Positions 1-8,821 of a DNA stretch of 64,000 nt are shown here, piece after piece. Below the pieces are notes generated by a model, which saw only the letters and a program-made list of their open reading frames with translations, was not told where the DNA came from and made no database searches. Numbering within the stretch: position 1 is the stretch's first letter; the number at the start of each line of letters is the position of its first letter. Origin of the DNA: Candidatus Nitrosocosmicus sp. (GTDB lineage: Bacteria; Methylomirabilota; Methylomirabilia; Rokubacteriales; CSP1-6); NCBI GenBank assembly GCA_035654455.1, contig DASRWT010000011.1:15761-79760 (forward strand). The letters run 5' to 3'. Made by a program: the position numbers and the translations under genes.

Positions 1-2048
1 GGTCCGGGCTGCTGCTCGTGCTGGAGGATCTGCACTGGGCCGACGACTCGAGCCTCCGCTTCCTGGCGTTCCTCGCTCGACGCGCGGAGGGCGCCTCGGT
101 GGCGATCGTCGTGTCCGCCCGCGAGGAGGAGCTGGCCGGATCGCCGCTGCTCCAGCAGGTGCTGGGCGAGCTCGAGCGCGAGGGACGCGGCGTGAGGACA
201 CGGCTGGAGCCCCTGTCGCACGAGGCCACGCTGGCGCTGGTCCGAGCCCTGGCGCGAGCGGGCACGGACCCGGCGAGCCTCGAGCGCCTGGGCGAGGAGA
301 TGTGGCGGGTCAGCGAAGGCTACCCGTTCATGGTGGTCGAGTCGATGCGCGCCCTCGCCGAAGGCGGCACCACGGCGGCAGTGGCGGGCCTTCCGCTGCC
401 CGAGCGCGTGCGTGACACCATCGTCGGCCGGCTGGAGCGTCTTACCGAGCGTGCCCGGCGCCTCATGAGCGTGGCCGCCGTCGTCGGGCAGGAGTTCGAG
501 TTCCGTGTGCTGCAGCATGCGGGCGGGCTCGAGGCCACCGAAGCCGCCGAGGCGGTGGAGGAGCTGGTCGCGCGGCGGATCCTGCACGCCGTCGGCGAGC
601 GGCTGGACTTCACCCACGATTGGATCCGCCGGGCGGCTCACGAGCGCGTGATTTCGCCGGCGCGCCCGGCCCTGCACGACGCGATCGGCCGGGCGCTCGA
701 AACGCTCTATGCCGACCGGCTGGACGAGGTCGCCGACCGGCTCGCCCACCACTACGCGCAGGCGGGCGATGCGCCCAAGGCCGTCCGGTACCTGCGTCGC
801 CTTGCGGACGCCGCGGGCCGGCGCTACGCCATCGAGGACGCCATCCGGATCCTGCGCCAGGCGCTCGAGCACGTGGCCCGCCTGCCCGTCGCGGACCGCG
901 CGCGCGACGGCATCGGGGTGAGCCTGGAGCTGGCCGTTGCCCTGTCGATCGTGGGGAGGTTCCGCGAGATCATGGACGTGCTGGAACCCCTCCACGACGT
1001 CGTGGGCCGCCTCGCCGAGCCACGGGTCGCCGGACCGTACTTCGCGCGCATGGCCCTGACCCGGAGCCTGCTCGGCGACCACGCGCGCAGCGAGGAAGCG
1101 GCGCGCCGGGCGCAAGCGGAGGCTGAGCGGTGCGGCGATCGCGCCACGCTCGGCATGGCGCACTATGTGCTCGCGATCGAGGGATTCACGACCGGCGACG
1201 CCATCGGCGGGCTGGCGCACGCGCGCGAGGCGGTCGCGCGAATGGAGCAGGCCGGTGATCGGGCCTGGGTCGCCCAGGCCTGCTGGATCTCCGGATTCCT
1301 GCAGTACCAGCTGGGAGAGTTCGACGCCGCCATCGAGTCGGAGATGCGGATGGCCGCGGTCGCCGAGTCGTTGGGCGACCAGGGGCGACAAGCCACCGCG
1401 CTATGGACGAGCGCGATGTGCCACGTCGGTCGCGGCGACGTCGTGGCCGCCGAGGAAGCGGCGCGCCGGGCCCTGAACCTCTCCCCGGATCCCTCCAACC
1501 GGGCAACGGCCGAGGCCCTGCTGGCGATGGCGGTGGCCGAGGCGGGCGACGCGGAACGGGCCATTCCCCTCCTGGAGGAGGCGGAGCGGCAGCACCAGCC
1601 ATTCCGGCTGCGCCAGGCGGGCGTGACGGTTTCCCTCGCGGCGGCCTACCGGGAAGCTGGCCGGATCGCCGAGGCACGGGCTGCCGCGCTCCGAGCCCTG
1701 GAGGTCAGCCGGCTGACGTCGTTCGCCTGGGCACGGGCATCCGCGGAGCGCGAGCTCGGACGCGTCGCCATGGTCCTTCAGGATGTGACCCTCGCTCGCG
1801 GTCATCTCCACGCCGCGCTCGCGCTGTTCCGGGCGATTCCGGCGCGGTTCGAGGTGGGTCGGACGCACCTGGACCTGGCCCTGCTGCCGGAGGCGACTCA
1901 TGACGCTGCTGAAAGACGACGGCATCTCGGCGAGGCGCTTCGCGCGTTCCGGGCGGCCCGGGCGCCCCGGTACCTGGACCGGGCGGAGCGCCTGGCGATG
2001 GATCTCGGCGCGGCCGACCTGATCGGCGACGACGCTTCTCGATCCTGA
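1..2048 (+). CDS. C-terminal part (5'-truncated at window edge) of large signalling NTPase: AAA/STAND-like ATPase region followed by TPR-like helical repeats; same family as the cyclase-AAA protein starting at 63017
   Basis: Long ORF open to the window start; LHWADDSSLRFL motif typical of the ATPase arm of LuxR/MalT-like or cyclase-associated AAA regulators; long alpha-helical Ala/Leu/Arg-rich repeat tail; no HTH seen. Confidence 0.7.
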   Translation, partial: SGLLLVLEDLHWADDSSLRFLAFLARRAEGASVAIVVSAREEELAGSPLLQQVLGELEREGRGVRTRLEPLSHEATLALVRALARAGTDPASLERLGEEMWRVSEGYPFMVVESMRALAEGGTTAAVAGLPLPERVRDTIVGRLERLTERARRLMSVAAVVGQEFEFRVLQHAGGLEATEAAEAVEELVARRILHAVGERLDFTHDWIRRAAHERVISPARPALHDAIGRALETLYADRLDEVADRLAHHYAQAGDAPKAVRYLRRLADAAGRRYAIEDAIRILRQALEHVARLPVADRARDGIGVSLELAVALSIVGRFREIMDVLEPLHDVVGRLAEPRVAGPYFARMALTRSLLGDHARSEEAARRAQAEAERCGDRATLGMAHYVLAIEGFTTGDAIGGLAHAREAVARMEQAGDRAWVAQACWISGFLQYQLGEFDAAIESEMRMAAVAESLGDQGRQATALWTSAMCHVGRGDVVAAEEAARRALNLSPDPSNRATAEALLAMAVAEAGDAERAIPLLEEAERQHQPFRLRQAGVTVSLAAAYREAGRIAEARAAALRALEVSRLTSFAWARASAERELGRVAMVLQDVTLARGHLHAALALFRAIPARFEVGRTHLDLALLPEATHDAAERRRHLGEALRAFRAARAPRYLDRAERLAMDLGAADLIGDDASRS

Positions 2049-2178
2049 CGCCGAGTCAGGCGGCCACCGCGTCGATGGGGCGGGATGAATCCACGACGAG
2101 GCGGAAGACTGAGGCGGAGCGGGCGGTCTGTAGTAATGTCTGGAGCACCTGGCCGAGACGAATAACAAGGAGGTGGTC

Positions 2179-2700
2179 ATGCGACATCTCGATGCTTTCC
2201 GTGGGCCCCTTTCAGCCTTTGCTGCCCTCTCCGCGCTCCTGCTGGTTCTCCTGGGCTTGGTCGTCGCGCCGGCGGTGGCCGACAGCATCGACCTGGACGC
2301 GAACGGCGCTGGGACCGCCATCGGCGCTCCGACTGCCGACCCCAACGTGTACACCGTTACTGTCATTGCGACGGGACACTCGGCCGTGCTCGGCAAGTTT
2401 CGGGTACGGGCCCACCACTTCACCGACGTGAGTACTGGAACCTTCCTGGACGGCGCCATCACCTTCGAAGGGGCGCAAGGGAGGCTCTTCGGCACGTACG
2501 GGGGTAGCGAGCTTGCAACGGGCTCGCCCGAAATCTTCACCCTTGCCGGAACGATCACGTTCTTGGGAGGTACCGGGCGCTTCGCCGGCGCCACGGGTGA
2601 GGCCGATTTCTCGGGCGAACTGCACATCACCGGCATCTCGCCGGGAGGGCTCGTGCGCGAGACGGTGACGTTGGAGCTTCATGGGAGTCTCGATTTCTGA
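2179..2700 (+). CDS. secreted hypothetical protein (Gly/Thr-rich, signal peptide)
   Basis: AAGGAGG RBS 6 nt upstream of ATG; N-terminal hydrophobic signal peptide LSAFAALSALLLVLLGLVVAPAVA; high-GC third-position codon usage. Confidence 0.55.
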   Translation: MRHLDAFRGPLSAFAALSALLLVLLGLVVAPAVADSIDLDANGAGTAIGAPTADPNVYTVTVIATGHSAVLGKFRVRAHHFTDVSTGTFLDGAITFEGAQGRLFGTYGGSELATGSPEIFTLAGTITFLGGTGRFAGATGEADFSGELHITGISPGGLVRETVTLELHGSLDF

Positions 2701-2776
2701 GTCCCGGCCGTCCGGCGCGCCGCACTTCTGCGGGAGCACGGCGCCTGGGCCCCACGCGATGGGACCGGAACGCGAC

Positions 2777-2808
2777 GAAGGGGTTACGGCGAGCGCCGTA
2801 ACCCCTTC
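2777..2808. terminator. perfect 15-bp inverted repeat (GAAGGGGTTACGGCG / CGCCGTAACCCCTTC) between convergent genes; candidate bidirectional intrinsic terminator
   Basis: Exact reverse-complement arms read directly; located in the 438-bp gap between the + gene ending at 2700 and the - gene ending at 3138; no U-tract (common in high-GC genomes). Confidence 0.4.
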
Positions 2809-3137
2809 AAGCTGCCGCGTCAAGTACGTTGCCCCGTCACGTCTCGAGAACTGGTAGCGTCTGGGGCCATTCAACCAGTTGCTCCTCGCAGTGGAAGTCG
2901 CGGCCAGTGTCCCCACGGCCGCCGCCGATCGCTCGATGCCGGATCGACACCTTCGCTGACGCCCGGAACGGAGGGCCGGACCAGGTCATCTCTGGATGGT
3001 ATGGGAGCAAAACGGGAGCAGATGATCTTTGAGTCTTGCCCAATCCTCTGCCGGTGCCGTTCACGGCGAGGCACCGACCTCGCCGCTGCAAACCCAACTT
3101 CCGCCCGCCGCGATTCGACTCCGTAAGGACTCGTCCC

Positions 3138-3968
3138 TTATATGGTGATCGTCCGGAACCGAAGGATGATGACGGCGAGGATGACGATGGTGAGACTGCC
3201 GAGAACCGGGTTCCCGTAGGAGCTGACCAGCACCTGCGCGCCGCCCAGGGCCAGCGCGGCGAGCGCAAGGTTGCCGAGCGACACCCCCGCCACCAGGACG
3301 AGCATGAAGGCGTTGATGAGCCAGGGGACGCCGAGGTTGGGGTGCACGCTCACGAGTGGGGTGAGGAGCGCGCCGGCCAGGCTCGCCAGGGCCGCGCCGA
3401 GGCAGAATGTGACGAATCGGACGAGCCGCGTGTTGATGCCGAGCGCCTGCGCCAACTCCTCGTTCATGATCACCGCCTGGGCGACGACCCCGATTTGCGT
3501 CCGTTGCATCACTAGCCAGACGAGGATGCCGAGGGCCACCGCGATCAGGAGGAGGACGAGCCGGTACTGGGAGTAGGTCACGCCGGCCACGCTGATCGGC
3601 TGCGCGATCGCGCTCTCGGCAAAGTGGATCTCGCGTCCGAAATAGAGCGTGAGGATCTGCACGACGATGATGTTGAGGCCCCAGGTGGCGAGGATCGTAT
3701 CGAGCGGCCGCGCGTACAGCGCGCGCAGGACCCGCCACTCGACCAGCGCCGCCACCGCCACGCCCATGCCCGCGGCCAGAAGCAGCGCCGTCCAGGGGTT
3801 CCAGCCGGCCCAGGTCGTGAGGACCCCCGCATAGGCGCCCATGGCCAGGAACGCCCCGTGGGCGAGGTTGATGATCTTGAGGACCCCGTAGACGACGAGG
3901 AGGCCGACCGCCACGATGTACAGCACGCCGGCCGTCGTGACGACGTCGAGCAGCTGGGTGGTGTACAT
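3138..3968 (-). CDS. livH: branched-chain amino acid/amide ABC transporter permease, LivH family
   Basis: Polytopic membrane protein; family-typical motifs INLAHGAF and GGAQVLV; last gene of the minus-strand Liv-type operon. Confidence 0.85.
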   Translation of the reverse strand: MYTTQLLDVVTTAGVLYIVAVGLLVVYGVLKIINLAHGAFLAMGAYAGVLTTWAGWNPWTALLLAAGMGVAVAALVEWRVLRALYARPLDTILATWGLNIIVVQILTLYFGREIHFAESAIAQPISVAGVTYSQYRLVLLLIAVALGILVWLVMQRTQIGVVAQAVIMNEELAQALGINTRLVRFVTFCLGAALASLAGALLTPLVSVHPNLGVPWLINAFMLVLVAGVSLGNLALAALALGGAQVLVSSYGNPVLGSLTIVILAVIILRFRTITI

Positions 3969-4006
3969 GGCGATCGGCCTCCCGGGTTAGCGCGCTCCGG
4001 TTCCGG

Positions 4007-5188
4007 TTACTTGAGATTCGGGCACTGGTTGCCCGGGTCGACGAGCCCGAAGCTCTTGATGATCTTGGTCTTCCCGTCCGCCTGCACCTGGGCGAGGTAG
4101 ACCGGCAGCGGCGCGTGGTGCTGCTTGTTCATCTGCACCGCTCCGCGCGGCCCCTTGAAGACGATGGTGGGCAGCACTGCCGCGACCTTGTCCGCGTCGG
4201 TGCTCTTCGCCTTCTCGACCGCCATGGCGTACGCATGGATGCCGTCGTATTGCGGCTGGGAGAGCGAGTTCGGCGTCTTGAGATTGGCCCCGAACTTCTT
4301 CTTCATCGCCTCCAGGAAGGTCTTGTTCTCGGCGTTGTCGATGCCGGTGAAGTAGTCGCCGGTGTAGTAGACCCCCTCGGCCGCGTTGCCGCCCTGCTCG
4401 GCGGTCAGCTCGTCGATGGAGAGGCTTCCGACTGGCATCTTCAAGCCGGCGGCCTTGAACTGCTTCATGAAGTCGATGTTCGGGCCACCTCCCGAGGTCG
4501 CGTACATGATGCCGTCCGGGTTGGCCGCGCGGATCTTGCTGATGATCGCCGTCCAGTCGGACTGCTGGAGCGGCTGGTACTCCTCGCCGAGGATGGTCCC
4601 GCCCAGCCCTGCGATCGCCTTCTTGGCCGGCTCGATCAACCCGCGCCCGAAGGCGTAGTCGCTGCCGAGCACGAACCACTTCTTGACCTTCTTCTCGTCG
4701 GTCATGAACTTCACGAGCGGCGCCACGATCTGCTCGGGAACCCAGGCGTTGACGTAGAGGTACTTCCCGCACGCCCGCCCCTCGTAGAAGGACGTGTAGA
4801 TGAAGAGCGTCTTCGCGCGGTCGGCGATCGGTGCGCCTGCGTTGCGCGCGGCACTCGTCTCCATGGTGATGATGGCGTCCGCCTTGTGCTGCCGGATGGC
4901 CGTGTTGAACGCCTTCACGGCGCCGGCGGGGCCGCTCTCGTCGTCGAGGGGCATCAGCTTCACCGGCCGCCCCATGATGCCGCCCTTGGCATTCAGCTCC
5001 TCGACCGCCAGCTCCGCCGACTGCACGACCGCCGGCGCCACCACGCTGTTCACGCCGGAGAGGCCGACCGGGACCGCGATGACGATTGGCGGTGCCTGTG
5101 CTTCGGCCAACGGCGCCGCGCCACCCGACAGCATGGCGAGTCCCAGCATCAGTCCCAGGGCCACTAGCGTTCTCGAGCTCTTCCGCAT
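4007..5188 (-). CDS. periplasmic substrate-binding protein, LivK/AmiC/UrtA superfamily (type I PBP) for branched-chain amino acids, amides or urea
   Basis: Internal ATG with AAGGAGG RBS; signal peptide MRKSSRTLVALGLMLGLAMLSGGAAPLAEAQA; the upstream part of the 672-aa track ORF is an artefact (it overlaps livF in another frame). Confidence 0.85.
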   Translation of the reverse strand: MRKSSRTLVALGLMLGLAMLSGGAAPLAEAQAPPIVIAVPVGLSGVNSVVAPAVVQSAELAVEELNAKGGIMGRPVKLMPLDDESGPAGAVKAFNTAIRQHKADAIITMETSAARNAGAPIADRAKTLFIYTSFYEGRACGKYLYVNAWVPEQIVAPLVKFMTDEKKVKKWFVLGSDYAFGRGLIEPAKKAIAGLGGTILGEEYQPLQQSDWTAIISKIRAANPDGIMYATSGGGPNIDFMKQFKAAGLKMPVGSLSIDELTAEQGGNAAEGVYYTGDYFTGIDNAENKTFLEAMKKKFGANLKTPNSLSQPQYDGIHAYAMAVEKAKSTDADKVAAVLPTIVFKGPRGAVQMNKQHHAPLPVYLAQVQADGKTKIIKSFGLVDPGNQCPNLK

Positions 5189-5208
5189 GGCTGTTCCTCC
5201 TTGTGGTG

Positions 5209-5904
5209 CTAGATGACCAGGTGTCGTTCGACGTTTTCCCGCGCGCCGGCATCGCTGGCGCGCCCTGTCTCGACGACCGTCCCCCCCTTGATGACGGCAT
5301 AGCGATCCGCCAGCCCCAGCGCGAAGCCGACATTCTGCTCCACGAGCACGACCGTGAGGCCGTGCGCCAGCCGCTCCTCCGCCAGGACCTCGGTGAGCCT
5401 CGTGATGACGGCAGGTTGAAGCCCTTCGGTGATCTCGTCCACGAGGACCAGGCGCGGGCGGGTGAGGAGGGCCCGTCCGATGAGGAGCATCTTCTGCTCC
5501 CCGCCCGAAAGCGTCCCTGCGCGCTGTTGCCGCCGCGCCGTCAACACCGGGAACCAGCGCGCGACCGCCTCGAGCCGCGCGTCGAAGCTGAGCCCGTCTC
5601 GCAGCGCCAGGCGGAGGTTCTCTTCCACCGTCAGGTCCTGGAAGATCGACTTCTCCTGAGGGACGTAACTGACCCCGAGGCGCGTGATCCGGTAGGGCGG
5701 CCACCCGGTGACGTCCTGTCCGAGCAGCTCCACGCGGCCGTGCTTGGCCGGCAAGAGCCCCATGATCGTCTTGAGAAGCGTGGTCTTGCCCATCCCATTC
5801 TTCCCGAGGATAGCGAAGATCTCTCCGCTCGGGACGTCGAGAGCGACGCCCCGGAGAACCGGCGACTCGCCGTAGCCCCCCTCCAAGGCCCGGACGGCGA
5901 TCAT
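5209..5904 (-). CDS. livF: ABC transporter ATP-binding protein, LivF family
   Basis: Walker A GKNGMGKTT, signature LSGGEQKML, Walker B LVLVDE; 231 aa; start overlaps the stop of the upstream fused gene by 4 nt. Confidence 0.9.
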   Translation of the reverse strand: MIAVRALEGGYGESPVLRGVALDVPSGEIFAILGKNGMGKTTLLKTIMGLLPAKHGRVELLGQDVTGWPPYRITRLGVSYVPQEKSIFQDLTVEENLRLALRDGLSFDARLEAVARWFPVLTARRQQRAGTLSGGEQKMLLIGRALLTRPRLVLVDEITEGLQPAVITRLTEVLAEERLAHGLTVVLVEQNVGFALGLADRYAVIKGGTVVETGRASDAGARENVERHLVI

Positions 5905-7688
5905 GGCTTGCCGCCGATGTAGATCGTTCGGACCACCTCCGAGTCGGCCACCTCCGCGAGGGGGCCGTCGAGAAGGATCTTGCCCTGGTGGAGCACCACG
6001 AGCCGGGTGCTGATCTCGCGAACAAAGTCGAGGTCGTGCTCGATGAGGAGCAGGCAGAGCCGGTGGCCCCGGGCCAGCTCCTTCAGCACGCTGCCGATCG
6101 CCGACCGCTCGTCGCGCGTGAGCCCCGCCGTCGGCTCGTCGAGGAGGAGCACCGTCGGCTCGAGCGCGAGCACCATCGCGAGCTCCAGGGCCTGCTTCGC
6201 CCCGTGCGAGAGGTGCCCCGCCGGCTCGTTCAGGAGGGGCAGCAGCCCCGAGACCTCGACCGCGTGGAGAGCCGGCTCCGGCAGCTCCAGCGTCCGGGAG
6301 CGCCGCCAAGGCGACGCTGGGGTCCGATACGCGCGCGCCACGCGCAGGCAGTCCAGGACGGTCAGGGCATCGAAGACGTTGGGCGTCTGGAACTTCCGGC
6401 TCACGCCCAGCGCCACGCATGCCTGCGGCGGCAGGCCGTCGATCCGGCGGCCGCCCACCCGCACCTCGCCGCTCGATTGCTCGCGGCCGTCCGCGATGCA
6501 CCGGAGGAGCGTGGTCTTGCCGGCGCCATTCGGCCCCACGATCCCCACGACCTCGCCCCGTCTCGCCTCGAGGTTCACCCCTTCCAGCACCCGCAGGCTC
6601 CCGAACCGTTTCGACACCTCTCGCAGCTCGAGGGCCGGCCCGTCCTCGTTCGCTGCACCGGCGGCGCCGTGCGCCCGGGGAAGCGCGCGCAGCGAGGCGG
6701 GGTGGGCGGCTGGGCGGGAAAAAGCCCGCCCCCGCGTCTCCTTGAGGGAACGGACCGCTCGCGACACGCCGCCGGCGAGCGCGGGGACGACGCCCCGGGG
6801 GAGGTAGACGACGACCAACACGAACGCGAAGCCGACGAAGAGGAGCCAGACGAAGGGGAGGTTGCCGCCCAGGACCGCCGAGACGTAGTTGATGCCGATC
6901 GTGCCGAGGATCGGGCCGACCAGCGTGCCGCGGCCCCCCAGCGCCGTCCAGACCACCATCTCCGTTCCGAAGGTGAAGTCGCCGTAATTGTGAGCCGCGA
7001 CGCTCCCGAAGAGCACGTAGAAGGCGCCGGCCAGCGCCGCCACCGCGCTGCAGACTGCCATCAGCCCGATCTTGAGGCGCGAGGTCCGGAGCCCCAGGTA
7101 CCGGCAGCGGTCCTCGTTCTCGCGGATCGCGACCAGGATCCGCCCCACGTCGCTGGTGACGAGCACGTAGGCGCCGACCGTCACGAGGAGGAGAAGTCCC
7201 CCCGCGATCCAGAACCACTGCCCCACCGAGAGGAACGGTGCCGGGATCGGCAGCCCGCTGCTCGACCCGGTGTACGCGCCGCCGGAGAGGATGATCTGCG
7301 TGAAGACCACCGGGAGCGCCAGCGTCACGATCGCCGCGTAGATCGGCGACGCGCGGTCGAAGAAGGCGAGCCACCCGACTCCGGCGCCCACCAGCGCCGC
7401 CGCCGCCATCGCTGCCACGATCGCGCCCGCCGTCGCGAGTGGCCCCTCGACATAGTAGGCGAGCGCGAGCGCCACCGTGTAGACGCCGATGCCGAAGAAC
7501 GCCGACTGGCCGAAGGTCAGCACGCCCGTGTAGCCCCAGAGGAGGTCGACGGTGATCGCCGCGATCGCGAAGAAGAAGGCCTGGGCGAGGATCTGCTGCG
7601 CGTAGTCATCGAGGACAAACGGGCTCGCGGCCAGGGTTGCGGCCAGGAGCGCGGTGACGGCGAGGATGCCTTGCCAGCGAGCGACCAT
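5901..7688 (-). CDS. fused LivM-type permease (N-terminal ~300 aa) and LivG-type ABC ATPase (C-terminal ~250 aa) in one ORF
   Basis: Uninterrupted 595-aa ORF; N-terminal half is polytopic membrane protein; after a ~40-aa Ala/Arg-rich linker comes LELREVSKRFG ... GPNGAGKTT (Walker A) ... LSHGAKQALELA (signature) ... LLLDEPTAGL (Walker B). Confidence 0.85.
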   Translation of the reverse strand: MVARWQGILAVTALLAATLAASPFVLDDYAQQILAQAFFFAIAAITVDLLWGYTGVLTFGQSAFFGIGVYTVALALAYYVEGPLATAGAIVAAMAAAALVGAGVGWLAFFDRASPIYAAIVTLALPVVFTQIILSGGAYTGSSSGLPIPAPFLSVGQWFWIAGGLLLLVTVGAYVLVTSDVGRILVAIRENEDRCRYLGLRTSRLKIGLMAVCSAVAALAGAFYVLFGSVAAHNYGDFTFGTEMVVWTALGGRGTLVGPILGTIGINYVSAVLGGNLPFVWLLFVGFAFVLVVVYLPRGVVPALAGGVSRAVRSLKETRGRAFSRPAAHPASLRALPRAHGAAGAANEDGPALELREVSKRFGSLRVLEGVNLEARRGEVVGIVGPNGAGKTTLLRCIADGREQSSGEVRVGGRRIDGLPPQACVALGVSRKFQTPNVFDALTVLDCLRVARAYRTPASPWRRSRTLELPEPALHAVEVSGLLPLLNEPAGHLSHGAKQALELAMVLALEPTVLLLDEPTAGLTRDERSAIGSVLKELARGHRLCLLLIEHDLDFVREISTRLVVLHQGKILLDGPLAEVADSEVVRTIYIGGKP

Positions 7689-7750
7689 TCGAAGTGTCCG
7701 CTGGCACTATAGCCCGATTCTGGGCGACAATGCGACCGGTGGAGGTGCCC

Positions 7751-8635
7751 ATGAGTGATCCGAAGGGCCGCGACGAGGCGGTGGTGAAGATTGCCTGCGT
7801 CCAGATGGCGCCGGTCGTCGGCGAGAAGGAGCGGAACGTCCGCCGGAGCGTCGAGCGGATCGAGGAGGCCGCCGGCGCGGGCGCGAGCCTGATCGTGCTG
7901 CCCGAGCTGTGCAATTCCGGGTACGTGTTCGACTCCCGCGAGGAGGCCTTCGCGCTGGCCGAGGAGATCCCGGACGGTCCCACCTGCCAGGCCTGGAGCG
8001 AGGTCGCCCGCAAGCACGGTAGCCACCTGGTCGCCGGCATCGCCGAGCGGCACGGGCAGGCCCTCTACAATGCCGCCGTCGTCATCGGGCCATCGGGCTT
8101 CATCGGGAAGTTCCGGAAGAACCACCTCTGGAACGAGGAGAACCTCTTCTTCGAGCCGGGCAACCTCGGCTTCCCCGTCTTCAATACGCCGATCGGACGG
8201 ATCGGGACCTTCATCTGCTATGACGGCTGGTTCCCCGAGAGCTATCGGCTCTGCGCGCTTCAGGGCGCCGATATCGTCTGCATCCCCACCAACTGGGTCC
8301 CCATCCCCGGGCAGGCGAAGGACCGAGAGGCGATGGCCAACATCCTCGTCATGGCCGCCGCCCACGCCAACTCCATGTTCGTCGCCGCCGCCGACCGGGT
8401 CGGTACCGAGCGGGGGCAGCCCTTCATCGGCCAGAGCCTCATCGCGTCGTATACCGGCTGGCCCATCGCCGGCCCCGCCGGGCCCGACACGGAGGAAATC
8501 CTCTACGCCGAGGTTAACCTCGCCGACGCCCGCCGCAAGCGCAACTGGAACGAGTTCAACCAGGTGCTCCGAGACCGCCGCACCGACGTCTACGATGAGA
8601 TGCTCGGGGCCAAGACAACCAGGGGGTGGTACTGA
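7751..8635 (+). CDS. carbon-nitrogen hydrolase (nitrilase superfamily) amidohydrolase
   Basis: GGAGG RBS; nitrilase-superfamily catalytic triad context: E in VLPEL, K in GKFRKNHLW, C in TFICYDGWFPE; about 295 aa. Confidence 0.8.
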   Translation: MSDPKGRDEAVVKIACVQMAPVVGEKERNVRRSVERIEEAAGAGASLIVLPELCNSGYVFDSREEAFALAEEIPDGPTCQAWSEVARKHGSHLVAGIAERHGQALYNAAVVIGPSGFIGKFRKNHLWNEENLFFEPGNLGFPVFNTPIGRIGTFICYDGWFPESYRLCALQGADIVCIPTNWVPIPGQAKDREAMANILVMAAAHANSMFVAAADRVGTERGQPFIGQSLIASYTGWPIAGPAGPDTEEILYAEVNLADARRKRNWNEFNQVLRDRRTDVYDEMLGAKTTRGWY

Positions 8636-8820
8636 TGACGTTGCCGCCGCTCAAGCACGTGGCCGAACTGGCCGGCTACCCGCTGCCTGAAGTGGATCTC
8701 GAGCAAGTCGCGGCGATCCTCGACGGCATGATGGAGGACATCCAGAAGCTCCGTGACCTCGACTTGCCCGACGACGTGGAGCCGATTCTTGGATTTCACG
8801 TCGACCCCTGGGAGGCGTAA
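8635..8820 (+). CDS. GatC-like small subunit (61 aa), candidate AtzG-type partner of the downstream amidase
   Basis: ATGA start/stop overlap with the upstream hydrolase; sequence LKHVAELAGYPLPEVDLEQVAAILDGMMEDIQKLRDLDLPDDVEP resembles GatC (LARL..EE...F...L..I..F...L...D...V.P); stop 1 nt before the amidase ATG. Confidence 0.6.
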   Translation: MTLPPLKHVAELAGYPLPEVDLEQVAAILDGMMEDIQKLRDLDLPDDVEPILGFHVDPWEA

Positions 8821-8821
8821 G

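Noticed and set aside
5189-6025. N-terminal 280 aa of the 672-aa ORF 4007..6025 (-)
   Set aside because: This frame overlaps the real livF gene in a different frame. The genuine substrate-binding protein starts at the internal ATG (5188) with RBS and signal peptide.
5988-7712. 574-aa plus-strand ORF antisense to the fused LivMG gene
   Set aside because: Arg/Glu/Asp/Pro-rich low-complexity translation with no domain signatures, entirely antisense to a well-supported transporter gene.
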